Part shown: in pieces, positions 30,687-39,518 of the stretch
Layout: each line of letters opens with the position of its first letter
Position numbering within the stretch: the first letter of the stretch is position 1
Notes under the pieces: model-generated
Databases searched by the model: none
What the model was told of the DNA's origin: nothing
What the model saw: the letters and a program-made list of their open reading frames with translations, nothing else
Position numbers and translations under genes: made by a program
IMG/VR virus record: IMGVR_UViG_3300031608_001030
Span: 1-57,894 of that record
Source: a virus
Taxonomy: Duplodnaviria > Caudoviricetes
Direction: 5' to 3' (one strand)
Length of the DNA stretch: 57,894 nucleotides

Positions 30687-31206
30687 CTTCTTTAACGAGT
30701 TTTTTGATTTGACGTTTAACTTTTCTCCAATACCTTTTTGTATTACTTTTTTTAGCCCACTTCGGACCACCATTCCACGACCTTGCGATTGCCTCATATG
30801 TACCTATTTTATTATGATGTTGATTTACTATATGAAATATTTCAATAGATTTTACCCTATCCCACCTGTCAACTAAAGTGTATCGTTTACTTGACTTTTT
30901 TAACTTTAATATACGATTACATTCCCTTAACATAATGGGTCGTATCTGTAAACACCCAACGGCCTCTTCACTTTTACAGTATGCTGAATCGTTACCTCCA
31001 CTTTCTACTAAAATCATCGCAGATATTAATGGATTAATATCCAATATATACGCAGGTGAGGATTCGATTGAGAGTGTATCGGCTATAATAACCACTTCCT
31101 CTTCTATTACCACTTCAGTAACTAATATTGGCGATTCCACTGGTAATTCAGCGTTATCACATGATGTGGTGATTCCTAATGATAATATAATTAATAATAA
31201 TTTCAT
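30652..31206 (-). CDS. lipoprotein with lysozyme/transglycosylase-like domain
   Basis: MKLLLIILSLGITTS-C lipobox; AMILVESGG, GCLQI, WNGGP. Confidence 0.75.
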   Translation of the reverse strand: MKLLLIILSLGITTSCDNAELPVESPILVTEVVIEEEVVIIADTLSIESSPAYILDINPLISAMILVESGGNDSAYCKSEEAVGCLQIRPIMLRECNRILKLKKSSKRYTLVDRWDRVKSIEIFHIVNQHHNKIGTYEAIARSWNGGPKWAKKSNTKRYWRKVKRQIKKLVKEDEYSYDWLAQL

Positions 31207-31210
31207 ATGT

Positions 31211-32158
31211 TTATATTTTATGTCTATTTTCTTTCGGGCATTTATCCAAATCAGTTTTGAAGGGGCAATATTTACAGTTCTTATTGTTCTTACCGGCGGT
31301 TGCTGGGAACTCTGAATCTGTTTTATATGTACCATCTATGTTGAATGAATTTCTAATAAATGAATCAAAACTCTTTTCAACTTGCTTAACTGATATACTA
31401 CCATGTGCTGGTACGAATACTTGCACTCTCTTTTGAGCGTACATCATACCCTCATTAAGTTTACGTTTTACGATAAAGTACTTAACACCAATTCTATCGA
31501 TATCATATCCATATTGCTCTGATAGGAATTTCTTATAAAGAATCAACTGTGCTGTTTTGGTTTTATCAGCTTTCTGCCATTTGTTCCAACCCATTGTTGA
31601 GGTCTTTATATCCCAAATTTCTAATTTGTTGGTGTAACTATCTTCGAATACTAAATCCAAATAACCCCTCATATAAATATTATGAGTTTTATTCACCTTT
31701 GTATAAATCGGTAACTCTATACCAACTAATGTTAATTGACGAGTGTTGAAATAATCAACTCTATTCTTTGTAACATAATTGAGTATCTCCAATCCATCCT
31801 CTAAGAATTCTTCCATTTGGTCGGGAGTACTGAACTCTACACCAGTTTCCTCTCTCATTTTCTTATACTCAGTAATCATTGCAGTATATAACATCTTACC
31901 CAAATCCAACTCAGTTGCTTCAGGTAGTGATTTATTATATAGAACATCTAACCACGATTGTAGTGTTTCATGCATTGCTGTACCGAATACTAAATGTATC
32001 GATGGGTCAAACTTCTTCTGACCTTCCATATATGTTAACTTCCACTTATGTGGACAATTAGCATACATTGTGTATTGAGAATACGATACCTTAGCATCCC
32101 CTTCTTCGGGTTCCTTCACCCCAAATGTAAATATGTTACTTATCTTAGTATCTTTCAT
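31211..32158 (-). CDS. PD-(D/E)XK nuclease (RecB/Cas4-like)
   Basis: SYSQ...CP, FGTAMHE, GYLDL...IWDIKT, QL.LY, CKYCPF...C. Confidence 0.88.
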   Translation of the reverse strand: MKDTKISNIFTFGVKEPEEGDAKVSYSQYTMYANCPHKWKLTYMEGQKKFDPSIHLVFGTAMHETLQSWLDVLYNKSLPEATELDLGKMLYTAMITEYKKMREETGVEFSTPDQMEEFLEDGLEILNYVTKNRVDYFNTRQLTLVGIELPIYTKVNKTHNIYMRGYLDLVFEDSYTNKLEIWDIKTSTMGWNKWQKADKTKTAQLILYKKFLSEQYGYDIDRIGVKYFIVKRKLNEGMMYAQKRVQVFVPAHGSISVKQVEKSFDSFIRNSFNIDGTYKTDSEFPATAGKNNKNCKYCPFKTDLDKCPKENRHKI

Positions 32159-32161
32159 AGT

Positions 32162-32197
32162 GTAAATATACGAATTAATTATGTGTTTTCCTAATTT
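32162..32197 (-). promoter_or_regulatory. class-1 promoter
   Basis: minus strand AAATTAGG...TTCGTATATTTAC. Confidence 0.75.
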
Positions 32198-32266
32198 ATT
32201 TAGCTTTTATTATGTTTTGTATCATCATAGTGAGGTTTGAACTCACCTCCATACTATAAAACATAA

Positions 32267-32485
32267 TTAGTGGTGTAAATCTTCCCAACCATCAGCTGCT
32301 CCATGTGGTACTGTTCTATACTCACGTTCCGGTGTAGGTTCTGGCTGTGGATGTACTTCGTACTGTTCACCTTCAAAACACGATTCCAATTCTGTTACTA
32401 ACTCTACCGCCTCAGTATGGCTTAAATCGGTTGTATGCTCTTCATACCCCTCAGTTGTTCTAATTACTTGATATAATTCACTCAT
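32267..32485 (-). CDS. acidic hypothetical protein
   Basis: 72 aa with its own promoter cassette. Confidence 0.7.
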   Translation of the reverse strand: MSELYQVIRTTEGYEEHTTDLSHTEAVELVTELESCFEGEQYEVHPQPEPTPEREYRTVPHGAADGWEDLHH

Positions 32486-32525
32486 AATTTTTATTTTTTA
32501 TTTTTTATTATTAATACTATTCATT

Positions 32526-32604
32526 TCTGTCCCTTTCTTATTACATAATAAAGATACGAAAAATGATTGGTATAACCAAGCGTTTAATGTTAAGAAATTG
32601 TTAA
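32526..32604 (-). promoter_or_regulatory. partial copy of the dispersed cassette, with direct-repeat box
   Basis: TCTGTCCCTTTCTTATTACATAATAAAGATACGA identical to the 44.5 kb copy; TAATGTTAAGAAATTGTTAA at 32585-32604. Confidence 0.8.
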
Positions 32605-32671
32605 ATCTTTTTGATGTACCATCTGATTAGTCCCACCACCCAAGAATATTATCTTTTTCTGGTTCCATAAT

Positions 32672-33667
32672 TTATAATCTTTTATATTCTGGTTTAATAA
32701 GTCTCCAAATGGTATCTGAATAATCTGTGTTATCCAACATTTTAAATAATACAGCTGAATACTTATTCCATTGTACCGATTCTGCAAATTCCTTTCTATT
32801 AAGATGTGTATGCATATTAAAAGTTGCTATTGATTTTGCTTCTATTAGTAGATATTCTGATTTAAGTTCTTCAATATACACATCAACCCCCTTAAAGAAC
32901 TCATCCGGTACATCTTTCAACATTTCGTAAATATCATCACCCTTACTTAAACATTCCCATACCGATTTTGTAGAGATTTCAGTCATTATTTTATGTAACC
33001 TAAGATAATCCTCAAATTTGATTTTACATCTATCGCCATTTCCAAACTTAACCACAAATCCTTCTTTATTTTCCCAGTTCAATGTTTTTAAATGTTCATA
33101 GTTTTTAATAGTATGATATTTTTTAACGACATCATATCCATTTTCTCTGAAAGTATCTAATGAATACTCTTCACCAGAAATAGTTCCGATTCTACCTAAT
33201 AAAACCAGTCTATTTTCTCCCGCATAATCTACTACAATTCTATTTGTAGGATAAATGATTTCATACATATAAGTTGAGTTAGTGTCAAAATCAGATTGTT
33301 GAAACTTATCTCTAAACATCTCACCGCCTTTAATCGATTGCTCTGAAGTGAATGAGCCTCTACTAGCAAATACCCACTTACCATTATAGTAAAATGCGAT
33401 ACCTAATGAACCATCCATCTTTTCATAGATATCGAATTCTTTAGTTGATGTATGTTGTGCTTCTTCAATGTTAAAGAATTTCCTAAATGGTCTAGCAACT
33501 ATGTTACCATCATTATCAGTAACTAATCCCCTACATTGTAATGTGATACTATCCCACTTTTTCTCAAATTGTGTTTTCTGAGAATAATTCCAAATAGTTA
33601 ATGGAAGTGTTGGGTGTGTTTGTTTGATTAACCAACCCGCTTCATAATATTCTTCTAATAGTATCAT
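32672..33667 (-). CDS. RNA ligase (T4 Rnl1-like)
   Basis: CRGLV, PFRKFFN, EKMDGSLG, YEII, EGFVV, KIK. Confidence 0.9.
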   Translation of the reverse strand: MILLEEYYEAGWLIKQTHPTLPLTIWNYSQKTQFEKKWDSITLQCRGLVTDNDGNIVARPFRKFFNIEEAQHTSTKEFDIYEKMDGSLGIAFYYNGKWVFASRGSFTSEQSIKGGEMFRDKFQQSDFDTNSTYMYEIIYPTNRIVVDYAGENRLVLLGRIGTISGEEYSLDTFRENGYDVVKKYHTIKNYEHLKTLNWENKEGFVVKFGNGDRCKIKFEDYLRLHKIMTEISTKSVWECLSKGDDIYEMLKDVPDEFFKGVDVYIEELKSEYLLIEAKSIATFNMHTHLNRKEFAESVQWNKYSAVLFKMLDNTDYSDTIWRLIKPEYKRL

Positions 33668-33678
33668 ATGTGTTTTTA

Positions 33679-34080
33679 TTATCTTAATTTAACTTCAAAT
33701 CTAGCTCCCATTTTATCTAAGGATTCAATTGGTACATTGTGGATACTCTCACCATCGTGTCTGTTCTCAACAATTAATGAATAAACTTTATACCCATATT
33801 CTTTTGCCATATCATAATATGCTTTCATTTCCCATTCTTGTGTAAATGTATTTGAAACAACAATCTTATCAACATTAACTTGCTCACCATCTGTTTTCAT
33901 CCATGCCATAGTTTGATTTTGGCAGTAATTATGTGCTAACTTTAATTTGGTTGCATCAAAATTATATACACCATCTTCCATAAAATATTGGTCAGCCTCT
34001 ACGTTAATACCACCAACCGATTTGGCTAATGTACTTTTACCCGCTCCCGGCAAACCTCTTAGTAAATATAATTCTTTCAT
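33679..34080 (-). CDS. P-loop kinase (AAA_33, polynucleotide-kinase-like)
   Basis: LLRGLPGAGKST, EADQYF, VSNTF, HNVP. Confidence 0.85.
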   Translation of the reverse strand: MKELYLLRGLPGAGKSTLAKSVGGINVEADQYFMEDGVYNFDATKLKLAHNYCQNQTMAWMKTDGEQVNVDKIVVSNTFTQEWEMKAYYDMAKEYGYKVYSLIVENRHDGESIHNVPIESLDKMGARFEVKLR

Positions 34081-34125
34081 AATATTGATTTTAATGTATG
34101 GGTACTCTCTAACCCACTTACAAAT

Positions 34126-34182
34126 GTAAATATACGAAAAAAGCCTGGCATAACCAAGCTTTTAATGTTAATAAATTGTTAA
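34126..34182 (-). promoter_or_regulatory. class-1 promoter with direct-repeat box
   Basis: promoter 34126-34158; TAATGTTAATAAATTGTTAA at 34163-34182. Confidence 0.75.
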
Positions 34183-34186
34183 GGTT

Positions 34187-34771
34187 TTAGTTTGTTCTAA
34201 ACGATTCCCATTCTTTACCTGATACATCCTTATTTGGAAAATAGAAATGATATACAGTTGTATCATTAATGAATATCATCTTTGTAAACCCAGTTGGAAT
34301 TCTTGCTCCGGTTGGTAATAACCCCCACTCTTTATCAAAATGGATTAAGATATATACAATAACAATCGGATTTGTTTTTGCTAACTCACGTTCAAACTTT
34401 TCTAGCTCCTTCCAAGGACCTCTATTTAGCCCCTGATGTTGTAGAGCGCAGTTTAAGTAACTGAATGTTTTTTTTAATGTTTCCTTATCACAATTAAATG
34501 ATGCGGCTGGTGCCATATGACCTTTATCCCATACATTACTTTTATAATCATTGTTATCAGAAGTCGATACCGAATCAACTCCATAAAAATCCATACCCTT
34601 ACGGCTTGCATCTCCATTTGGACATTGAACGCTATACTCTACGAATAACGGTTGCTGATATTCCTCTGAATATACTATTTTGAATATACTATTATGTACG
34701 GACTTAACTTCTTGCCCATATGTGGTAAATGTAAACATTACATATACCAACACCACCATCAACCTACTCAT
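34187..34771 (-). CDS. exported DNA/RNA non-specific endonuclease (NucA-like)
   Basis: signal peptide; WDKGHMAPA, N...Q..LNRG.W..LE. Confidence 0.88.
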   Translation of the reverse strand: MSRLMVVLVYVMFTFTTYGQEVKSVHNSIFKIVYSEEYQQPLFVEYSVQCPNGDASRKGMDFYGVDSVSTSDNNDYKSNVWDKGHMAPAASFNCDKETLKKTFSYLNCALQHQGLNRGPWKELEKFERELAKTNPIVIVYILIHFDKEWGLLPTGARIPTGFTKMIFINDTTVYHFYFPNKDVSGKEWESFRTN

Positions 34772-35184
34772 TACTTAGCCCACTTTTGTCGTTGTACTAT
34801 TTGTGCTATTACCCCATATACACTTAAATCTTCGTATGTATCTTGTACAGGCTCACCTACTTCATCAGGCTGACCCAATACTACTAATTGCTTTAATCTT
34901 TGAATTTTATCATTCATTCTGAACCACAGTCCAACTAATGATAATTTAACATCAGATTCAGTTGCTAATTGTGTACCTACTGATATATTATCAGGTCCGT
35001 AGTTTCTTTGCTTTTTACAGAAAGTTCCATACATCTCATCCAATATGTTTTTAAACTCTTCGGTTGTTTCCGGATACAATCTCTCACAATAATCAATTGC
35101 GTTTTCTTCGGTTTCAAGTACAGTTTCAACACGTCGTTCGCCTTTATGTACTACTTTTGATGTTGCTTCTTTTATATTATCCAT
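34771..35184 (-). CDS. DUF1599 / nucleotide-modification-associated domain protein
   Basis: KKQRNYG, RMNDKIQRL, E...DT..DL..Y..I. Confidence 0.75.
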   Translation of the reverse strand: MDNIKEATSKVVHKGERRVETVLETEENAIDYCERLYPETTEEFKNILDEMYGTFCKKQRNYGPDNISVGTQLATESDVKLSLVGLWFRMNDKIQRLKQLVVLGQPDEVGEPVQDTYEDLSVYGVIAQIVQRQKWAK

Positions 35185-35446
35185 TCATTTGTTTTTTTGG
35201 TGGTTTAACAGCCGGAGTCGTTGGGACTGGGTTGGTTGGAACTGGGATGAAGTACTTTTGTAATGCTGCTAGCCTATCATCGGCATCCACTAACATTAAC
35301 AGTGCTTCTTCAGCGTTTTTATAGAAATCACCAGTTGAATGGTCACCTATCCCAACTGAACGGGTTTCTAATAACTCCAATGATAGGAGTGCTTTTGCTT
35401 TATCAGCCATTGCTGATGTTCTCAGCATATCTACTAATTTACTCAT
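35177..35446 (-). CDS. phage hypothetical protein
   Basis: SVGIGDHS motif, helical. Confidence 0.7.
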   Translation of the reverse strand: MSKLVDMLRTSAMADKAKALLSLELLETRSVGIGDHSTGDFYKNAEEALLMLVDADDRLAALQKYFIPVPTNPVPTTPAVKPPKKQMNG

Positions 35447-35907
35447 TTCTTTTTATTTTTTAATAATGCTTTCGCTTGTTTATCAGTTAACCCATATTTC
35501 ATTAATATCCCCAATACATCTTCCTTTGGTAAAAGTTCCATATAATCGATTACCTCTCTCTGAGAAACACCGTACCAAGTAGATAGATACTTTAACATAT
35601 CTTTGTTATACTTACCATCAGCCTTACCTTTGACATATTTGTCAAATGTTCTTTGCTTTGGTAAATAATCCGTATATACTTTGTATGTATCTCTAGCAGA
35701 GAGAAGTCCGATTGTATATTTTTGAAGAATATTAACAATGGGTAATAAGTCCATATTCATACTTAACCATCGATTGATAATAAAGGGGCTGAATGATTTC
35801 TTATCCATATCCGATAGAGATTTCCAAGATGTTTTCTTTTCCTTTATACCCGATAAGTGTTCGAATATTGATTTTGCTTTTACGCCTGTGCTTACTTTCT
35901 TCGCCAT
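35443..35907 (-). CDS. clamp loader small subunit (gp62-like)
   Basis: FSPFIINRWLSM, Y.VS.RE...Y; near gp44- and gp45-like genes. Confidence 0.7.
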   Translation of the reverse strand: MAKKVSTGVKAKSIFEHLSGIKEKKTSWKSLSDMDKKSFSPFIINRWLSMNMDLLPIVNILQKYTIGLLSARDTYKVYTDYLPKQRTFDKYVKGKADGKYNKDMLKYLSTWYGVSQREVIDYMELLPKEDVLGILMKYGLTDKQAKALLKNKKK

Positions 35908-35909
35908 AT

Positions 35910-36173
35910 TTATGGTAATAGTTCTTTTGGTAAAAATTGTTCTGATACATTACCACAATCTGCACATCTTTGTACTGGGATTGGTAACATTGATTTCTTA
36001 CCATTCGGTGATTGTACCGATGGTACTACTTTGTACATCGTTACCTCTTCAAAAAAGATACCTTCACATTCCTCACACCTAATAGTATCCAACTTAGTTG
36101 GGTCTAATTGCATGTTCGGTGCCGCTGGAGCGGGGTTTTTATTGTTCATGCCAATTACTTTTCCTTTGCTCAT
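35910..36173 (-). CDS. small Zn-ribbon protein
   Basis: CEEC...CADCG. Confidence 0.7.
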   Translation of the reverse strand: MSKGKVIGMNNKNPAPAAPNMQLDPTKLDTIRCEECEGIFFEEVTMYKVVPSVQSPNGKKSMLPIPVQRCADCGNVSEQFLPKELLP

Positions 36174-36175
36174 AA

Positions 36176-36346
36176 TTATTTGTTTTCTTCTACAGATACC
36201 TTTCTGTATTCAGTTACTAATTTTTTGATTTCTCCAATCGCCTTTCTAGCTCTACTTTTAGATGCCTTAGTTGTACCATTGTGTTCTGCTTCGAATTCTG
36301 TATATAATTCTTTAATTGATTCGAAAATTTCATTTGAATTTGCCAT
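36176..36346 (-). CDS. Hc1-like histone H1-like small protein (not in ORF track)
   Basis: hand translation, 56 aa ...GTTKASKSRARKAIGEIKKLVTEYRKVSV; own promoter. Confidence 0.7.
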   Translation of the reverse strand: MANSNEIFESIKELYTEFEAEHNGTTKASKSRARKAIGEIKKLVTEYRKVSVEENK

Positions 36347-36385
36347 AACTTTACTTTGTTTTTATTTAATTTACTTATTGTTTAT

Positions 36386-36421
36386 ACAAATATACGAATT
36401 GTTTTCCGTATATCCTAATTT
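36386..36421 (-). promoter_or_regulatory. class-1 promoter
   Basis: nearly identical to 39457-39492. Confidence 0.8.
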
Positions 36422-36422
36422 A

Positions 36423-37358
36423 TTAACCTTTAATATCGATTAGAATTTCTAATAACATTGCCATTATATTGATTTCCTTATCAACTACTGCTGAATCTTT
36501 GTACTGTGCATCTGCAATCTTTAGGATTGTATTACCTAATTTACCATTTGCGTAGTTATCCACTTCATCATACATAAATCTGTAGAATGGGGTGAAATCT
36601 CTTACCTTAGAATCAGCAATAATCTGCCTCACTTTAGTAAATGAATCCTTAACACCACCATCCGATTTTAATATAGCGAGCACCTCTTCCATATAGTTAG
36701 CCTGAATTGTTGATGTTTTATCAATTTTCAATTCATTACCCACAACCTGTCGTTGTGCTGCGTTTAACACTCTACGAATATCAGGATACCCACTATTCAC
36801 TAATACTGCTAAGTCGGTCATTTCATACTTCACCTCTTCAGTATCTAAGATTTGCTTCAATCTCATAGCTACATCCTTTTTAGATGGTGGTGTAATTCCA
36901 AATGTCTGACATCTACTTTGAATCGGGTCGATTATCTTCTCTACATAATTACAAGTCAAAATGAATCTTGTAGTTCGGGAGAATGTTTCCATCAAATTCC
37001 TAAGTGCTGCTTGAGCATTTGGTGTTAAGTAATCAGCCTCATCTAATATTACGATTTTCCAATCTTTAAATCCCATTGATGATGCGAATCCACGAATCTT
37101 ATCACGAACTGCATCAACTGAATTCTCATCAGATGCGTTGATATACATTAAATCACAATCAATTTGATTAGTAATGATTTTAGCTAATGTCGTTTTACCT
37201 GTCCCAGCTTGTCCATATAGTAACAAATGTGGTACATCGTTATTCTCTATATAAATCTTTACCTTTTCAATGATGTGTTCATTACCAACGTAACCTTCCA
37301 TTGAATCGGGTCTGTATGCCTCCACCCATAATGAGTGTTTTTCTTCTTTATTTACCAT
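36423..37358 (-). CDS. clamp loader ATPase subunit (gp44/RFC-like)
   Basis: LWVEAYRP, GQAGTGKTT, INASDE, ILDEAD, SRC. Confidence 0.95.
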   Translation of the reverse strand: MVNKEEKHSLWVEAYRPDSMEGYVGNEHIIEKVKIYIENNDVPHLLLYGQAGTGKTTLAKIITNQIDCDLMYINASDENSVDAVRDKIRGFASSMGFKDWKIVILDEADYLTPNAQAALRNLMETFSRTTRFILTCNYVEKIIDPIQSRCQTFGITPPSKKDVAMRLKQILDTEEVKYEMTDLAVLVNSGYPDIRRVLNAAQRQVVGNELKIDKTSTIQANYMEEVLAILKSDGGVKDSFTKVRQIIADSKVRDFTPFYRFMYDEVDNYANGKLGNTILKIADAQYKDSAVVDKEINIMAMLLEILIDIKG

Positions 37359-37385
37359 TTATGTATTATTTTCTTTTTAAATATA

Positions 37386-38603
37386 TTATCTTCCGATTTC
37401 TTTTAAGTAGGTCTTTTTCATTTCTTCCCAACTCATTCCAATTGCCTCTAAATAAAATAAATGCTCTGGCTTTAACCTACCCTCTGAGTGTAATTTAGTA
37501 TAACGTTTGATAGCTTTCTTCTTCCACCAATTGTTAATATAAGGAATTCCATCAACAAACTTCTTCTTCATTACCAATTCAGATTCTTCAATCTCATCAC
37601 GTAAAAATGCCTGCCCATTATCGTACATCATTGCAAGATATACACCACGTTTGAATCCATGATGGTATGCTGATTGTTTGATACCACATTCTTTGAAAAT
37701 CTTCCCAAGAATCTTTTGTTTGATACCACTCACAGGACCACTAGCTCCTTCACCAGCCCCCATATTAGCACCATTACGAATTCGTTCGTTAGTGATTGCA
37801 GTTTTGTACCATTCTGCTTCATTTTCCTTCAACCATTGATGCCACGGGTCATAAAACTTATCATCAGGTTTCAGAGAAATCTTTCCTGCTGATTCACCTA
37901 ATGTTTTAAAGTGAGGTATTCCATTGTATTGAGAATGAATCCCATATAATGAAGTTGTACCTACACCTATCAAAGTTTGACCGTATTTCTTTTTCCAAAA
38001 TTCCCTTACTTCAGGAACTGTAGTCATCATAGCAACGAGTTTCCCACCTAAAAAGTTGTAACCCAATGGTTGTGTACAGACAATTGTTGATGCAATTGTA
38101 GTATGGTTTAATTTCCCCTTCTTAAACTTATCGTCCTTAGTCCAACCAATGTAGTTATCTCTAACTGCCATTGATGTTACATCAGATGCTAATGATATTT
38201 GTCCTAAGAGTTTACCACTCTTTTTATCTTTAACATTGATTTTAACATTACGACCAGGATTAGCAGTAAAATCCATCGAATGAATCATACGCCTAGCATA
38301 TGTCCATTTAGTGGCATCTTTAGGGTCATCAAGGATTTCAACATATGGTTCTAACTCTTCAATTTCTTTAATAGTTTGTTCCAAATTGTTAATATCAGCA
38401 GGAGCCCATTGAGTATCATACATTGCTGCGATTTGAGATTTATCCCGAATCATTTTTACATCTTGTAATTCTACCCACTTCTTATATAAAACTTGCTCTT
38501 GCACAGTCATTGTTGCGAGATAATCCATATTCTCTATCAACTCACGCTTCTGTGTTTCGAAGTCAAACTTCGGCTTTGCTGGCTCTGTATCCCAAAAACT
38601 CAT
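37386..38603 (-). CDS. DUF4338 (Druantia DruA-like) protein
   Basis: NPGR, RDNYIGW, QPLGYNFLGGKL, TTSLYG..SQYN. Confidence 0.7.
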   Translation of the reverse strand: MSFWDTEPAKPKFDFETQKRELIENMDYLATMTVQEQVLYKKWVELQDVKMIRDKSQIAAMYDTQWAPADINNLEQTIKEIEELEPYVEILDDPKDATKWTYARRMIHSMDFTANPGRNVKINVKDKKSGKLLGQISLASDVTSMAVRDNYIGWTKDDKFKKGKLNHTTIASTIVCTQPLGYNFLGGKLVAMMTTVPEVREFWKKKYGQTLIGVGTTSLYGIHSQYNGIPHFKTLGESAGKISLKPDDKFYDPWHQWLKENEAEWYKTAITNERIRNGANMGAGEGASGPVSGIKQKILGKIFKECGIKQSAYHHGFKRGVYLAMMYDNGQAFLRDEIEESELVMKKKFVDGIPYINNWWKKKAIKRYTKLHSEGRLKPEHLFYLEAIGMSWEEMKKTYLKEIGR

Positions 38604-38731
38604 ACTTATTTATTTATTTATTGATTATTATTTAAAATATATTAGGAGAGGTATTGCCTACTCGATTATCCCTATTGTAACACTGCGTATATATAGTAGT
38701 CCGAGTGTTCCTTTTATATTTATAACACCTT

Positions 38732-39427
38732 CTACTTAATTTCCACTAAATAATAGTTCGAAACTAAACCATCTCTTTCGAATTTAACATGTGCTAATCC
38801 AGCTGATGCTATTTTCAACGTTGCTGATTTAGAACCTTTGTTAGCGTTTAATATCTCCTTTAGATACTTTGCCGAAAATGAAATTGGTTTGATATCCTTC
38901 TCACATTTACATTCCACATTCATAGAAATTCTATTTGTGTTAATAGTTGAGTAACCTAATACAACTTCACCCTTTCCACCTTTACAAGTAAATGTAAATG
39001 TATCCGATTCGTTAAGTGCTCCTTTAGATTTAATAAATCTACTCGTAAACTCATCATCTAATGTAATTTCAGAATCAAATGGTGGTACTTGCTTTAAATC
39101 CGGTACTACTGGTATTACTGATAAATCAGCCAACATATAGTTTACCGATGTCCCTTTATCTGAGAATGTAAGATGTGATTGATGAGCTGCAACTTCTAAG
39201 TTGGATTCAACTACACCTAATAACGCCTTCATCTGAGATGTTGTATAGATACCGAATTCACCATTTGGAAAATCCTTCTCTGCCGATTCTACTGTACCCA
39301 ATAGCGTTTTATCATCTGATATAAAACTTACCTTCAATGAATCATCAGTTGATTCAATTTTTACTGATTCTACTTCGCCACCTAAATTGTAACGATTGAT
39401 GAACTGTTCAATACTTGCTTTTTTCAT
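38732..39427 (-). CDS. sliding clamp (gp45/PCNA-like)
   Basis: 231 aa; FGIY, F...YLKEIL, ISS.GL-like C-terminal pattern; between PolB and clamp loader. Confidence 0.8.
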   Translation of the reverse strand: MKKASIEQFINRYNLGGEVESVKIESTDDSLKVSFISDDKTLLGTVESAEKDFPNGEFGIYTTSQMKALLGVVESNLEVAAHQSHLTFSDKGTSVNYMLADLSVIPVVPDLKQVPPFDSEITLDDEFTSRFIKSKGALNESDTFTFTCKGGKGEVVLGYSTINTNRISMNVECKCEKDIKPISFSAKYLKEILNANKGSKSATLKIASAGLAHVKFERDGLVSNYYLVEIK

Positions 39428-39456
39428 GCTTTAAAATTATTATTTATTATTGTTTA

Positions 39457-39492
39457 ACAAATATACGAATTCTTTTCCGTATATCCTAATTT
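39457..39492 (-). promoter_or_regulatory. class-1 promoter
   Basis: minus strand AAATTAGG...TTCGTATATTTGT. Confidence 0.8.
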
Positions 39493-39518
39493 ATTTACTG
39501 TTTTTTTCAGGTCTCTTA

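Noticed and set aside
32209-32267. tRNA gene
   Set aside because: Only a T-arm is present; no acceptor, D or anticodon arms
37386-38603. Complete Druantia defence system
   Set aside because: Only a DruA-like gene; no DruE helicase or other dru genes in the window
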